DNA of 62,549 bases, counting the filler, from Squatina squatina (Eukaryota), in the NCBI GenBank assembly GCA_031763465.1. It is 3 parts of 3 records of this genome, joined end to end, with 100 filler letters (N's around TTAATTAATTAA, not from the genome) between each part and the next. Parts side by side here need not be neighbours in the genome. Positions count along the whole stretch, not along the records: positions 17,302 to 45,198 come from JARFOE010000176.1; 2 more parts are not named here. The stretch is one strand, 5' to 3'. Positions 25,264 through 38,493 of this stretch are shown here, one piece after another. Each line of letters begins with the position of its first letter. The first letter of the stretch is position 1. A model generated the notes under the pieces. That model had not been told where the DNA came from, made no database searches, and saw nothing but the letters and a program-made list of their open reading frames with translations. A program made the translations under genes and the position numbers.

Positions 25264-26434
25264 CTGTTAAGAAAACATGTACATAGATTAGTAAAAACGA
25301 TTTACTTATTTACCATTGGGATAAAACTTTTGGGATTATGAAAGAGCTATTAATGTGATTTACCAATAATCCAAAATGATCACCCATTGTCTTGCAAAGA
25401 AATATGTGTATTCTCTTTGCTGTCAAGTTTGGTTACTGACTCCTCCCATTTCCCAACTCCCCACCATGACTGATCAGCCAGCGAATGCAGATAACACAAA
25501 CACATTAACGTTCTGCCATAAGTCTGGCAGGGAAAGTGATCATATTCTCTGTAACTACACCAACAGGGAATGGACACCACTGGAATGGCCAGTCATTAAA
25601 ATAATAGTAATGATGGTTTAGCCACAGATATATTAGCTTGCTTGACACCCACAAAACAGGAGTCTTGTACTAGAATGCCTCAGTGCAAACTTTGGCCCCA
25701 AATGTTCTCAAAACCAACAGAACTCCTTAGGTGGCAGTCCAGCTAGTGGGGGCAGAAAGTGAAGCAGGACTTGGTATTCCTGGGACGCCTTCCCAAAGAC
25801 AAGGTCATTCATGTTTTTGTGTTGGGGTAGAAGCAGGCAGAACATCTGTCTGGCCCCCAGAGGCCTGACAATCAACCAGGAGGCAAGGCCTGTGGGATAG
25901 CATAATCCACTGGATTTCCAACTGCTCCCATTCACTAAGCACTGATCACACCGAACAATAGCAAGATATCCCATTCCAGCACCATGGAGCAGCGGACGTA
26001 GGGCGCACAATGGTTTCCAGGCAGGCTTGTTATAATAACCTGAAAGATCGTAGAAGATCGACTCCTGCAAAATTTAAATTGGCCTTCTGCTAAAGAAGGG
26101 GGCAGATTCCACTGGCAATAATACCTTTTAAGAAGATCCTGGTGGCTTCTGCTAAAAGTGAATTACCAGCATCGCATTTGGTGCTCCCCCTCCAGCTGGT
26201 ACACAAGATGCACCACAACTGGCACATGTGGCCGCCGGATTAATTTACATGCACCCCACTCTGCCCTGACCGCAGATACTCTGGTGGGGTCACCTTCTCA
26301 GTACACTGGCGGATTGTGGTTCCCACACCGCCACCACAGTTAAGGTGGAGTGGATTGGAGATTTGCTGGGCTTTTGCCTCTTTGTGAATATCTATCAGGG
26401 GGTTGTATTGGGACTGGTCAACTCAAAAAGCATT

Positions 26435-27066
26435 TGGGGCCCCAATTCGGCTGCGCCCAAATGGATTGCAGCATTTGGGGCCCCATAGTTGGGGCCGGTG
26501 ACGCGGCCTTCATGACACAGTCATCATTCTGGCCCACTGTAGCGTGGCAATGCTAAATCAGCATTGTCACAGCGCTGACCCGGCCAACGCCACATCACTG
26601 CCGGGTTACGCCAGCAACGCAAGCCATGCTGCCAGTGCAACTGCGCATGCGCAAGCCACGGCCCCGCCCCCGCCCTGCCTTAAAGGCAAGGGCCGCTGGT
26701 TTGCGGATTGGTCAGGGATCCAGGGCCCACTGGACCACCAGGGACTGAGAAAATCGCTGAAACATGTGCTGGCACAACAGAGAGCATGCCGGCAAGGGGA
26801 CCCAGACTTTTTCCTGGGGCGATCGGTTGCCAAACATTGGCCGACAAGATAGTCGGCCGATGTTNNNNNNNNNNNNNNNNNNNNNNNNNNNNNNNNNNNN
26901 NNNNNNNNNNNNNNNNNNNNNNNNNNNNNNNNNNNNNNNNNNNNNNNNNNNNNNNNNNNNNNNNACTGGTGAGCTGCCTCTGTGGCTACAATTGCCACCC
27001 ACAGCTCACTGGCGGACCTCATGAGGCGCGTGCCCCATTCTGGTGCGATCCAATTTCTTGGCCCCA
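26435..27066. mobile_element. GC-rich MITE-like element (spans a gap)
   Basis: Ends GGGGCCCAATT.. / ..AATTTCTTGGCCCC; internal CCTTAAAGG motif as in the 568-1284 element; a similar block lies at 39535-40025. Confidence 0.5.
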
Positions 27067-27706
27067 ATATTGAAGTTGAACAACTGACATTAAAAACATT
27101 GTAAAACAGAAAACTGTCCTGGGTGCATAGAGGTCCTATGATGTTGATCCCACCAGAGTATATGTTGACAGAGGAAAGGTGCTCAATTTAAATGTGCTGT
27201 GCAGACACCCACACCACTGGGGCCACATCTCAGGTGCTCGCCTTCTCTCAGAGGCCACATATTGTGGTGACTGATGCCAGTTCACAGGGGAGAAAAGTTA
27301 CGAGGAACCTGTGGAAAGGAGATATACATGCATTTTTACTGTCCCAAGGCTATATTGGCCCAAGAATATGTGCATTGTACAAATAGGAAACTATAAACAG
27401 AAAAGTAGTTTGTTGAATGAGCCCAATATATACTTCTTGCACATGTGGGTAATTTCAACCTAACTCACCTGGCGAGAAACCCGTGGGATCGGGTAGAGCA
27501 CTGTTTTTCCCATCCAGACAAACATTACTTTCCATTGACTTCAATAGTAAAAGAAGTTTCCTGGTGGGCAATTTAGGTTAAAAGAGCCTACCATTAACTC
27601 AATTGTGCTTTCACTTAGAATGTCCAGCTTATCTGGAGCCAACTGTTAATATTCCGCAATAGTATTTCTGTTTTAGTAACGTATGCCCGTACATCCTTGG
27701 GTTTAC

Positions 27707-27837
27707 CTGAGAATATTTTGTTCCAGTTGCTTAGATTGATGCTGATCTTCCTGGTGCTGCTTTTTCATTGCCTCTTGTTCTTGAGGATATATGGTGGCCA
27801 CTCCCTCCAGGAGCCATCTTTCTCTCAAACTCTTTGA
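27707..27837 (-). CDS. PALMD: Palmdelphin exon 3
   Basis: ag|SKSLRERWLLEGVATIYPQEQEAMKKQHQEDQHQSKQLEQNILR|gtaaac vs human KKALREKWLLDG..EQEEMKKQNQQDQHQIQVLEQSILR. Confidence 0.92.
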
Positions 27838-28623
27838 CTGTTCAGAACAGCACAATGTTAGAATCTGTATTTCATTAACACTGCCTATTTTCATCACGTT
27901 CTTTTTCATTTAGCAAGTCTTAATAAACTTCCTGCTTCATTTTGGGATTGAGTTTAACAACAATGATTTATTTTCTTGGCTGGTCCAGAGGGTGAGGGCA
28001 CTTTGTAAACCTGTCGAACCCGGGTTTCAATCCACCTCAGAACACTGGGTTTAAAATCTCCTCTAATGGCTGCAAATATTATAGAAACATAGAAAATAGG
28101 TGCAGGAGTAGGCCATTTGGCCCTTCGGGCCTGCTCTGCCATTCAATANNNNNNNNNNNNNNNNNNNNNNNNNNNNNNNNNNNNNNNNNNNNNNNNNNNN
28201 NNNNNNNNNNNNNNNNNNNNNNNNNNNNNNNNNNNNNNNNNNNNNNNNAAATAAACAGCACACTGGAGTCACGGCACTCTGCGCAGGTTCTGGCCTCATA
28301 TGACAACTGACACTTTTAAGATCAATGCAGGGGCACGCGCCTCTGCTACACTGTCTTGTAGATTTCATTTCCTCATTTTCAACTTCGATTATTTCTTTAA
28401 GCAATAAAAAATATACAGTAATACCAGCATCTAGGGTGAAAGCAAATTTGGAGGATGCTATGGCTACAAGCAGCAGGACTGCTGAAGGAGAGACTTCAAC
28501 TGACTCCTGTCTGCAAGGGAGACTTAACTAAAGTTGAAAGTCCTTGAAGCCTGTGACCTGAAAGTGTCCTTCACACACAAACACACACACACACAGCTGG
28601 GATTGCAAATTCAGAGGACTTAC

Positions 28624-28668
28624 CGTGATGGCTTGTAGCCTTTCTTTCAGCAGATGAGTCTCTTCCAT
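28624..28668 (-). CDS. PALMD: Palmdelphin coding exon 1
   Basis: MEETHLLKERLQAIT|gtaagt vs human MEEAELVKGRLQAIT. Confidence 0.92.
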
Positions 28669-29799
28669 CCTAAGAATCAAAACAGAAAAAAAGAGCAGAA
28701 GTAGAAGGGTGAAGAGTACGAACCGGAGAGGGAGAAGCGAGTGCTGGCGTGTGCTGCAGCTGGGGTGGAGAGTATTCCTGGCTTGTCAGGGCGGCTCCCA
28801 GCAGATGATGGCACTGGCCTGACTCAGGCAGGCACATGTGATGAAGGGGTGCAGGCACGGATTGCTGGCATGGCTGTCACGTTTGAGTGACAGACCATAT
28901 GTTCTCCTTGGCCCAGAATTATTTTGGTTGGATTGTTTCAGGAGGTGAGGCAACGTTCAAACATCCTGCGTAAACATGACAAGACTCTTTTTGCAAACTA
29001 AAGCGGTTAGGAATGTCGTATAAACGTATAGGACAGACGTGCTACGGAGGAACTTTATGTAGTGCCATCATGATATGATTAATATGTCAGATTCATAAAG
29101 GGCGATTTTAATTTTAGATGCACAATGAAAGGGGTGGCGGATAATCGGAGGCTGAAATGCACGCGCCGTCTGCCCTTTGTCACCATACGAGCCTGGAGTC
29201 ATTTGAAGCCAGGGTCTCATTTGAATGCTGCTGGTGAGCTGCTGATGTCAAACATGGCACCCCGAGGCAGCATGTCGGCTGGGGTGGTCAAGAAATCAAC
29301 CGGCTCCTATGTGTGTCAAGAGGGCTTCGCACGAGCCAGCAGTGGACCAAAGTTTTAAAAGTTTTTAAAAAGTGCAGCAAACTTGACTTGCTACCAGTAG
29401 CCCCTATAAGGACCCCTGGTTAGGTGGTTGAACGTCAGTAGCTTGGCCATCTCTTCATTTTCTTTAGCTTGCTCCAATTAGAGCTTTTCTTGTGTTTTTT
29501 TTAAAATCCTGTTTCTCTCCCAGAGGTACTGGCTCATTCTTGTAAGCAGTTCCACAGATGTTAGAAACCCACCAGAACTTTGCTCAAGTGGGGATTCATC
29601 ATGTGTGAGCCAAAATAGGGAGTGTTGGCGGGCTGTTTAACCGTAAGGGGCATCACAAATGAGCCAGATTTTGCCCTCACCTTCCAGCAGGGGAACAGAA
29701 ACCCCAGTTAATCCCCCAAAGTATCCGGAGACCAACTATACTGTCCCAACTTCTACTCCAGCTAAGATAAACTAATTTTGAACGAAGCAGAGATATTGT

Positions 29800-30205
29800 G
29801 GGTGAAATTGGTCAAAACAGGTCGCTAGCGAATCGTCGGCTCGCTTTACGCTGCACTCTATTTTCTTTTTTAAGACTTCAACGGGCTGTCGATCTGCTAT
29901 CAGCCCCTCGATGCAATGCTGGCATTGACCAATTCCGCCCCCAATTGAACCAGAGACCTTTCTTGCCCATGTGGCTCAGTACCACACAGGTGGTGCATTG
30001 ACTGACATAAACCATTGGAGTCAGAAACGCAATCTTTTGTGTGACATTTTTTTTAAACTTGGTGTAGAAATGGCTTGTTTCTCTGCAAAATAAAAATTGG
30101 ATAAAAAAAATAGTAATTATCAAAATTAAAATTTCCAGAATTTAAAGCCAGTAAAGAAATTAATCACAATTGCTCTTTTTAGTCCATGTTTTAGTCAATT
30201 CACCC
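29800..30205. mobile_element. MITE with short TIRs
   Basis: GGGTGAAATTGGTCAAAA at left end, TTTTAGTCAATTCACCC at right end. Confidence 0.6.
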
Positions 30206-31561
30206 TAGTCTTNNNNNNNNNNNNNNNNNNNNNNNNNNNNNNNNNNNNNNNNNNNNNNNNNNNNNNNNNNNNNNNNNNNNNNNNNNNNNNNNNNNNNNNN
30301 NNNNNNNNNNNNAGACTTGGTACTTGGGAAGAGATGCTCCTGGCGCAGGCACAATGAAGGACGTTCCAGATCATTACTGACAGGAGCTCAGGGCAAAACT
30401 GCTGAGAAGTTCAAGCAGTTAGTTGTACCACATAAACATTTATTTGCCTTCAAGAGCAGAACTGTGGAGAGATATGCTGAATGCCTGCTGTGTCAGTGAT
30501 CTCGAAAATCACGACAGAATTAATGAACTTATAATGAAAGTTTACAAAACCTCAGCCGTGATTTATTAACATTAACCTTGCATGTATATTAATCAAAGCC
30601 TGGTGCGTGTTCAGTCTTAATGAGATAGAGTATTTAACCAAAGTAATTTGAAGAATCATTGCAGGAATTAGTTTGACTAATTCCATATGAAAGGGCATAA
30701 AAGTTTGACAAGTTCAACAAGCAATACAAAAGTTAGGCTCGATTTATCATCCTATAAAAAGCTTGTGATTGATCTTACCTTAAAGGCAGTACAGAGGTGC
30801 AGTCTTCTCCACCAGTTGCTCAGTGAAGTGCTCAGTCCGGGAGCTCCTCAGATTTGGACTCTCACCACTGGTAACTGCAGTAATACATCATCACATCATA
30901 AATTCCTCAGGTCACAGCCTGGCACAGGAAANNNNNNNNNNNNNNNNNNNNNNNNNNNNNNNNNNNNNNNNNNNNNNNNNNNNNNNNNNNNNNNNNNNNN
31001 NNNNNNNNNNNNNNNNNNNNNNNNNNNNNNNGGGAGGCTATTCAATAAAAGGGAGTCACATATGTTTAGTTTCAAGCAAAGGGTCACTGGATGGTGATTA
31101 GGATCAGGGACATTGGCTGATTTCCCTCTGGCCTTGTATACAGCATCATTGCTCTTTCAGTTCATTCTGAACATGAGGAATTCCACCAAACGCCACATAG
31201 AAAGTAGAAAACCAAGGCAGAGAGAGATGAGCAATACGTTCGATAGACAAGATATTGTTATTCGGAGCTTATTGTTCCAGTATACAATAACCTGNNNNNN
31301 NNNNCAGATCACAATGTGTTGACGATACAGGCAGAGAGCCCCTTTTTTTTGCAGTTCTGTGGTTTGAACAGACTTGTATTTCACTCAAGACAAAAGCTAA
31401 TTTACGAACTAAGGTGTCCACTTGGGTCAAGTTCAGAAGATCTCAATTTCCTATTTAATTGTTTAAGAATAGTGTGTTTGGGTCAGCCCCCAGCCAGTCA
31501 ACAGAGTAACATGTTCCAGTATTAGCGGATGCCGCTTATTTCTTCACCTTACAATATGTGA

Positions 31562-31575
31562 CCACTAGATGGCAA
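31562..31575 (+). promoter_or_regulatory. Candidate CTCF site
   Basis: CCACTAGATGGCAA closely matches the CTCF core CCACYAGRKGGCR; lies between PALMD and PLPPR4; motif evidence only. Confidence 0.4.
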
Positions 31576-32401
31576 TAAATTACAACTTAGCTCTCTGCTA
31601 CCGAAAAAACAATTCACATGCAAAGCTTCACTCAAGGCTAAAGAAGTGACCTTAAAAATATAACCAATACATTACTCTTTAATGCCCCCACCCTGTGTAA
31701 ATCTGTTTATAGCGTATAAATTAACTATCAGCCCTGTGCTGTGGCTGACCAAGGTGACCAGTAGTTTTATTTGAATTTCAATATGCTGGTAACCTTTAAT
31801 TGCAAACACAGAATAATATGCCTCAAATAGCACGATTTATGTTTCAGCGCACTTCAGAATTTTTTTTTCCCATTTCATTGTAACTCAGATTGGCTAAGAA
31901 TGGTTTCCAGTAGCGATTGATAGAAGGTATATAACATTCGGGGGGAGAAAAGGGCTCCCTAGTGCTCACCCAGCAGATCTTGATAGTTCATGATCAGAAT
32001 GCTTAATGATGATACTGTGCTTAAGCTGCGGAGAGCCACAAAAAAGATGCACAGGAGGGAAAAAAAACAGTTAAACACATCTCAGGATAGATTTTAGATT
32101 GCATTAATGTGCAGCCAGCACATGCATGAAGTGTTGCGTGGCTACACGTGTTGAATTTGAAATATAGTCCATGTCAAAGACAGCTTGTACAATCAGTGAT
32201 ATAACATTTTCTATCATTTCCGTACCATTCCCTTTTGCCCTAAATCCAATTTAAATGAGACCATTCAGCATAACATTGTTTTACATTTATTTGATTTTGT
32301 TTAATGTGCAAATGTCTCTTTGAAACTAAGGTCCTGGTATATATTTTTTAAAGTTTATAAATGGTCCATTATTTGCTCCAACAAGAAATGTTATCAACAG
32401 C

Positions 32402-32483
32402 ACTTGCTTAAGGTATATTAATATTTTGTACTTGCTTAAGGTGCATTAATATTTTGTTCTTGCTTAATGTGTATTAATATTTT
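32402..32483. repeat. 28-bp tandem repeat, 3 copies
   Basis: ACTTGCTTAAGGTATATTAATATTTTGT and two variant copies. Confidence 0.9.
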
Positions 32484-35182
32484 AATTAATGGATGTAAAG
32501 CTAATTTCTTTCAGTATTGTGTCAGATATGGGAACAGTAGATAAATATTTAATGCAGTCCTCATTAAAAAGCCCTTAAAAATGGATGTGTTTTGCAACCT
32601 TTATATAGTAAAAGCTGTTATTGATGATAGCAGATTGTGTTCTGAGACCGAGACTAGCTTTGAATGCTCAAATGCATTCCAGGGCGACTGAACTACTTGC
32701 AGCATTCATTTATACTATGAGCCAAAAGAGATGAAATATTTCATCCATGCTTCATTGTGATTTTGCCGATAGCAGTTCTTTTAACNNNNNNNNNNNNNNN
32801 NNNNNNNNNNNNNNNNNNNNNNNNNNNNNNNNNNNNNNNNNNNNNNNNNNNNNNNNNNNNNNNNNNNNNNNNNNNNNNNNNNNNNAATCTAGGTAATAAC
32901 CTTGTTTAATGTATTAAGTTTAGTTATATGCTTTAGGTTTTTGCTGTAACTTAGTGCACAGTCCTAATTTAACCCTGTTTATATATATTTTTTTGTGACA
33001 GTTGATCTCAATTATTCTGCATGTTGCACTCCTTTTTTAAAGAAAAACTTGTCACCTTGTTTGCTTGTGTCTCTTATTCTGATATTGCTTTCTAATGTTG
33101 GGTATATTTTGAAATCCAGCAAAATTGGGATTATATAAAAAATAACCAATGCTCACTTTCTGCACCAGCAGGCAGAAGGTGTAACCATAGCAACTCCTAC
33201 CTTAAAAAGTGCCGCTCGATATCAAGGCCATAAACGGAAATGGTGAAAATCAAAGTCTCACGCTTCCTTTCACTATTCACAAACATGCTACCTGTTGCCA
33301 TGGCAAGTAGCTGGCCATACACTATCTCAGCACTATTGCTAACTAAATTATACTGAAATAAGTGGTCACATTTGCCTTTCCTCACAATGGCCTTGAGGTA
33401 AACAAAATGTGAATAATCAGTGTGTGAGCTCAGTTTGTATGAACTTCCTTTTCCCCAATTTTAATCAGAGCAGTAACCCGTTAAAATAAACAGGAAATAA
33501 ATAGGAGGCACAGAAATGCGTACAGACTAGTTTCGTGTTTGTTCAATAATATTTGNNNNNNNNNNNNNNNNNNNNNNNNNNNNNNNNNNNNNNNNNNNNN
33601 NNNNNNNNNNNNNNNNNNNNNNNNNNNNNNNNNNNNNNNNNNNNNNNNNNNNNNNTGGTAGAGGAGAGTTGACTGGTGCCCTTGGAGCCACAGCTCAGCA
33701 AGGAGATGGTGCTTTCAGTAGAGGAGTCTGGAAGGCGAGAAAACCGCTGGGAAAAGGAGATGATACCACCCCTCCCTCCTCCTCCCAAAAAGTAGTTCAA
33801 TGCTGCACTGGAGACAGAGAGAGAAGAGGGTACAGATTAAGTGTAGGGGTGATGTGTGGCTGGGGAGATACACTGAACAGAGAGCTTCAAAGATTGGTGA
33901 TCGGCCCCTCCCATTCCTAGCCTACTAAAATGGCCTGGAATCAGAAACAAAATACTAAACTGGGCGGAGGGATAGAGAGAGGAGAGAAGCAGCCAAGAAA
34001 CTGTGCAATGACCTGGTCAACATTTACATGTAGGGCATTATCCATTCCCTTTTATTTTAAAACCCGTTATGCTAAAATCGTGCGACTCTGCATCAATTAT
34101 TGTGGTTTTGGCTCCCAGCTGCTCAACAATTGCTCGCAAAGGGCTGCCATGTTACAGTAACTGGCAGTGACCTCCGATTGAGGACACTAGAGCTTCAGTA
34201 AAATGTGTTCCTTTAGGTTGTTGATGACATCGCTTACTTTTTAACATCGCACGGTGCTTTATTTGTCTTAATTATGCAAGTCAGTTTTTGTGTCAAATTT
34301 ATAAAATCGATAGGAAATTTACAGCATGCTATGCACACCTCTTATTGTGTGCTGCATGCAGCATATATGGAGTAAGAATGTTTTTGAAGGCTGGTCACTC
34401 AGCAGCAAAATTCCTATCATGAATATAAACAGTTCTGTAGTTATATTGTGATGATGCATAATTTGTTCTTTGATTAATCAATTAGTAATTGCCTACATAT
34501 TTCATCAAAACTCCTCCTGTAGAGAGAAAATACTATTTAAAACTAGATATTCAAACTAGCTCCAGTGCTTAGCCACCTGCAGAGGTTTTCTTGAAGCTGA
34601 CTAATTATTAATATAAAGCGATATTCATGACTACCTAGTTTCCATCTGATGGTAGCTTATGGCTCATCCTCCATTTTCTATTAGCTCAAGGGTCTCTCAC
34701 ACTCTATTCCTTTTTTATATCAATGGTCTTTTCAACTCGTCATCTGACCTTATCCATTCTTTTCATCAGCTTCCTTCAGATTGTATGCCCTTAGGCATCA
34801 CAACTTCCAATGTACTTGCAGTAGTGGAATCACTACATTTTGATTTCCTCCATGCCCTTCAAGGGAACAATGAAAATCTTGTTTATTTCACAAAGATACA
34901 AGATTTTTGGCCTTACACCTCCTCCAATGATAAAACTGGTGCCAAAAAGCTTTGCTTCCAATTTTGTGCCAAATACTTCCTTTCCTCTCAAGAACTCTTA
35001 AGTCTTCATAAAAGCCAGGATTATCCAGAATTAAACACTGCTTATATATGTGGGAGACTTATTTGGCACCTCTTTCAAAAGGNNNNNNNNNNNNNNNNNN
35101 NNNNNNNNNNNNNNNNNNNNNNNNNNNNNNNNNNNNNNNNNNNNNNNNNNNNNNNNNNNNNNNNNNNNNNNNNNNNNNNNNN

Positions 35183-35385
35183 TATTGTGAATAGCTGGGG
35201 TCCTAAAACCGATCCCTGCAGTACCCCACTAGTCACTGCCTGCCACTCAGAAAAAGACCCGTTTATTACAACTCTTTGCTTCCAACCAGTTCTCCATCCA
35301 AGTCAGTACCTTACCCCAAATCCCATGTGCTTTAACCTTGCATGCTAATCTCTTATGCGGGACCTTATCGAAAGCCTTCTGAAAT
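35183..35385 (-). mobile_element. CR1 RT fragment
   Basis: Reverse complement of the FQKAFDKV and SGVxQGSVLGP coding regions. Confidence 0.75.
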
Positions 35386-35769
35386 TTACTGATGGAAACA
35401 TGTTAAGTAGTGTGGGTTTGATTCAGATGAGCCAACGTGCATTAGTGCGTGTGCAGCTGATGTCTAATTATGAGTCGAATCGTGAAATTGCAGTGATAGA
35501 GAAGCACAGGGTAGTGGGGGGGTTGGAAACTGCTTTAGCAGGATCCCGTTGTCTTAAGAGAACCATTTCTGACAGAATAGGCTTCATTGGCCGAATGGCC
35601 TTTTCTCACTCTGTACATTTTCTGAACCACATAATCTTTTTAAAAATTATTTGCATGCAGTATATGGACGTAACTGACAGGACCACATTTATTGCCCATC
35701 CTTAGCTGTCCTGAGAAGGAGATGTCGGGCTTCGTCCTTGAACTGCTGCAGTCCATGTGCTGATGTTCT

Positions 35770-36160
35770 CTGAAGGTATGAGTGGAGAAAGCCGTAAAAA
35801 GGCCCATGCCATTTTCAGTTTTATAAATAGGGTCAGAAAGTACAAATGTAACAAAGTAATGATTAATTTATACAAAGTATTGGTCAGGCGAGTTATTGAG
35901 GGGTCTTAATTTAAAATTATCACTAAAGCGTGAGGAGAGAGATTGGCTGAAATGTCTTTATACAGAGTTTGAAGCATGGAATGCTTTGCCACAGGGAGTG
36001 GTTGAGCCAGTCACCATTGTATCTTTTGAAATTGGATAAACTTTTGAAACAAGGCTATTTGGAGAGAATGAGACAGTGGGGTTAATTTTGGAGTGCTCTG
36101 ACATAGAGCCAGCACAGACACGATGGGTTAAAGGGCCTCACTGTGTGCTGTAAGCATCTA
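35770..36160 (+). mobile_element. Old CR1 3' fragment
   Basis: Degraded match to the 6261-6694 element (TGGAATGCTTTGCC..GAGCCAGCACAGACACGATGGG..CTGTGTGCTGTAA). Confidence 0.6.
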
Positions 36161-36429
36161 CGGTTTAGGCATTTTTATTTTACCTTTCCTGTGTTAACTA
36201 ATTTTGGAAAAAGTTGTGACAATATAAAGCATTATCATTTAAAAAGTGTAAAATATCAAAGCATTGCTTGGGTTAACACAGAGACCAAATTATGCTTTGG
36301 GTGTCTTGCATTTTGATGAAATTGTTATTGCTCCATGTAGTCCAGTAGCAAAATATTACACTGCTGTTTCTACATTTGTGCTGTAATGAAAAAACATGAT
36401 TTAATAGTATCCACTGCAATTAAGAAACA

Positions 36430-36435
36430 TTTATT
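36430..36435 (-). terminator. Candidate PLPPR4 polyadenylation signal
   Basis: AATAAA on minus strand at the end of a repeat-free AT-rich tract (36430-37340) downstream of the PLPPR4 exons. Confidence 0.35.
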
Positions 36436-38435
36436 TTGTAAATAACCAACACACTTGGGAAAGGTACAGTGTAGCTGAAATCTCTCAAACATGATAATAG
36501 AGCCATTGATTTTTTTTCAACAGAAATAAGTTCCAGTATTTCTCGCTTGCTCAGTTTTCATGAGACTTTTGTATACCACAATTGAGGAACTCGCACAAAA
36601 TAATGTTTTGCGTACACTTACTGAGCCAATGTTCATTTTTAAAACATTTTTGAAAAAATAGTTAACAGAACATTTTAAGCACATAGGCCACTATACACAT
36701 CTGTGCATACCTTAGTTAAACGGTCTTCCCTTTAACATACAAACCACATAAATATAATACTACTGGGCAAGTAAACAAACCTTCAGCAAGGTATCACAGT
36801 TGGTACCAACTAGTAATTATTTACAATGACAAAAAAATAATGTCGCCTGTTAAATAATTCCTTAATACATATTTAATTAAGGTATTGGTTGCAATGAAAA
36901 TAAAGTCTAATTTTACAGGAGGAACCATAGAAAAAATGCATGCAGATGTTTAGATTTTTTTCCACAGTCCAATGCGTTATAGCCACTCTTATAGTAACAG
37001 GAACAGCACGGATTTTCTATCCACTGCAATAAAACATAACTAGCTCATAATGCAATATGAAGAAGGCTTTCACTTTAACCACTGGAATCATTCAAGCCAA
37101 TAGCTCTTTGAATTGAGATGATTCCTTAAGAAAAATGACTACTCTCAGCAGACACTACAGGAAAGTGTTAGTAACACACTATTTTAACTGTCTTTTGAAG
37201 GTTCCTGACTTTTGTGTTTCTATATATAAGCTGTATCCAAAACTACGAGTATTGACGAGTAAAAGTACACATAGTTTTTCTATCAATATGGATCTAGTAA
37301 TAAATAACTAAAACAATTTCCTATATCAACTCAAAAGGATTGNNNNNNNNNNNNNNNNNNNNNNNNNNNNNNNNNNNNNNNNNNNNNNNNNNNNNNNNNN
37401 NNNNNNNNNNNNNNNNNNNNNNNNNNNNNNNNNNNNNNNNNNNNNNNNNNNNNNNNNNNNNNNNNNNNNNNNNNNNNNNNNNNNNNNNNNNNNNNNNNNN
37501 NNNNNNNNNNNNNNNNNNNNNNNNGAGGTGAGGATTGTGGAGCTTTTGTTAATAATTTTTAATAGTTTTGAAACACAACCTGATTAAGCTTACAAAAAAA
37601 AGATGCTGTCTATATTACTTAAAAAACTTTTTCTTTAAAGGCATGATATCAATATGCTAAGGCTACAATAGGTATAAAAATCTATGATATAAATCGTGAT
37701 CAGTAATCAATTACTGTTCATTTTACATTCTGTGAGAAAAAATTCTATTATTTGCAGTGCATGTGGTGTACATTTGTATGCATTTGAATATATTTTGCAT
37801 GTAATTTCTATAAAAGCTACATGAGTTTTTCATCTAAATGATCACCTTGGAAGGTAGCTTTGTAACTAACTAAAACTGTGACTGATTGTTGATCAAGTAA
37901 TCATTGCAACCTCAATAACATTTTTTACACATACAAGTTTACAAAACTCTTGAAAACAGTTGGGTATGTAAGTATTATCTAGAGCTCTAATCAGGAAATA
38001 AATTCTAAATTGGTCATTAGTGAATACGGCAGTACAGCGAAAGCTATTTGAAAATATATAAATTGCTCGGTANNNNNNNNNNNNNNNNNNNNNNNNNNNN
38101 NNNNNNNNNNNNNNNNNNNNNNNNNNNNNNNNNNNNNNNNNNNNNNNNNNNNNNNNNNNNNNNNNNNNNNNNGGGCTGCGGTGGAGGTGGGGAGGGAAGT
38201 GTTTAATCATTATGATGTGGGGCAGGTTTGATGGACCAGCTGGTCTTTCCCTGCACAACAATTTCGTAATTCAATTCCTTCTGTTCTCACACTGATCTTT
38301 GCACCTACTAATGAGGGTTGCAGCTAATTTACATAGCAGATTAAGATCTTACTCACAATTAATAGTTAATTGACAGATTCAACACTGTACTGATTATGAT
38401 ACTGTGGATCACACAAGGTGGCCCTGATTACTTAC

Positions 38436-38493
38436 AGAAACATACACAGCTGCGAATGCGGCAAGCGTAGCGTGCTGAGATGGAAAAGATTTT
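38436..38493 (-). CDS. PLPPR4: Phospholipid phosphatase-related 4, internal exon
   Basis: ttgcag|(R)KSFPSQHATLAAFAAVYVS|gtaagt; phase fits the previous exon. Confidence 0.92.

Noticed and set aside
28330-28404. LKEIIEVENEEMK as PALMD exon 2
   Set aside because: No similarity to DKRKIQEEISQKRLKIEE and no convincing splice sites; the real exon is probably in a gap
32402-32483. 28-bp repeats as a mini-CRISPR
   Set aside because: Units are directly adjacent with no spacers; ordinary minisatellite
34659-35348. 229-aa ORF
   Set aside because: Spans an N gap, joining decayed repeat-like sequence to antisense CR1; most X-containing ORFs in the track are similar artefacts
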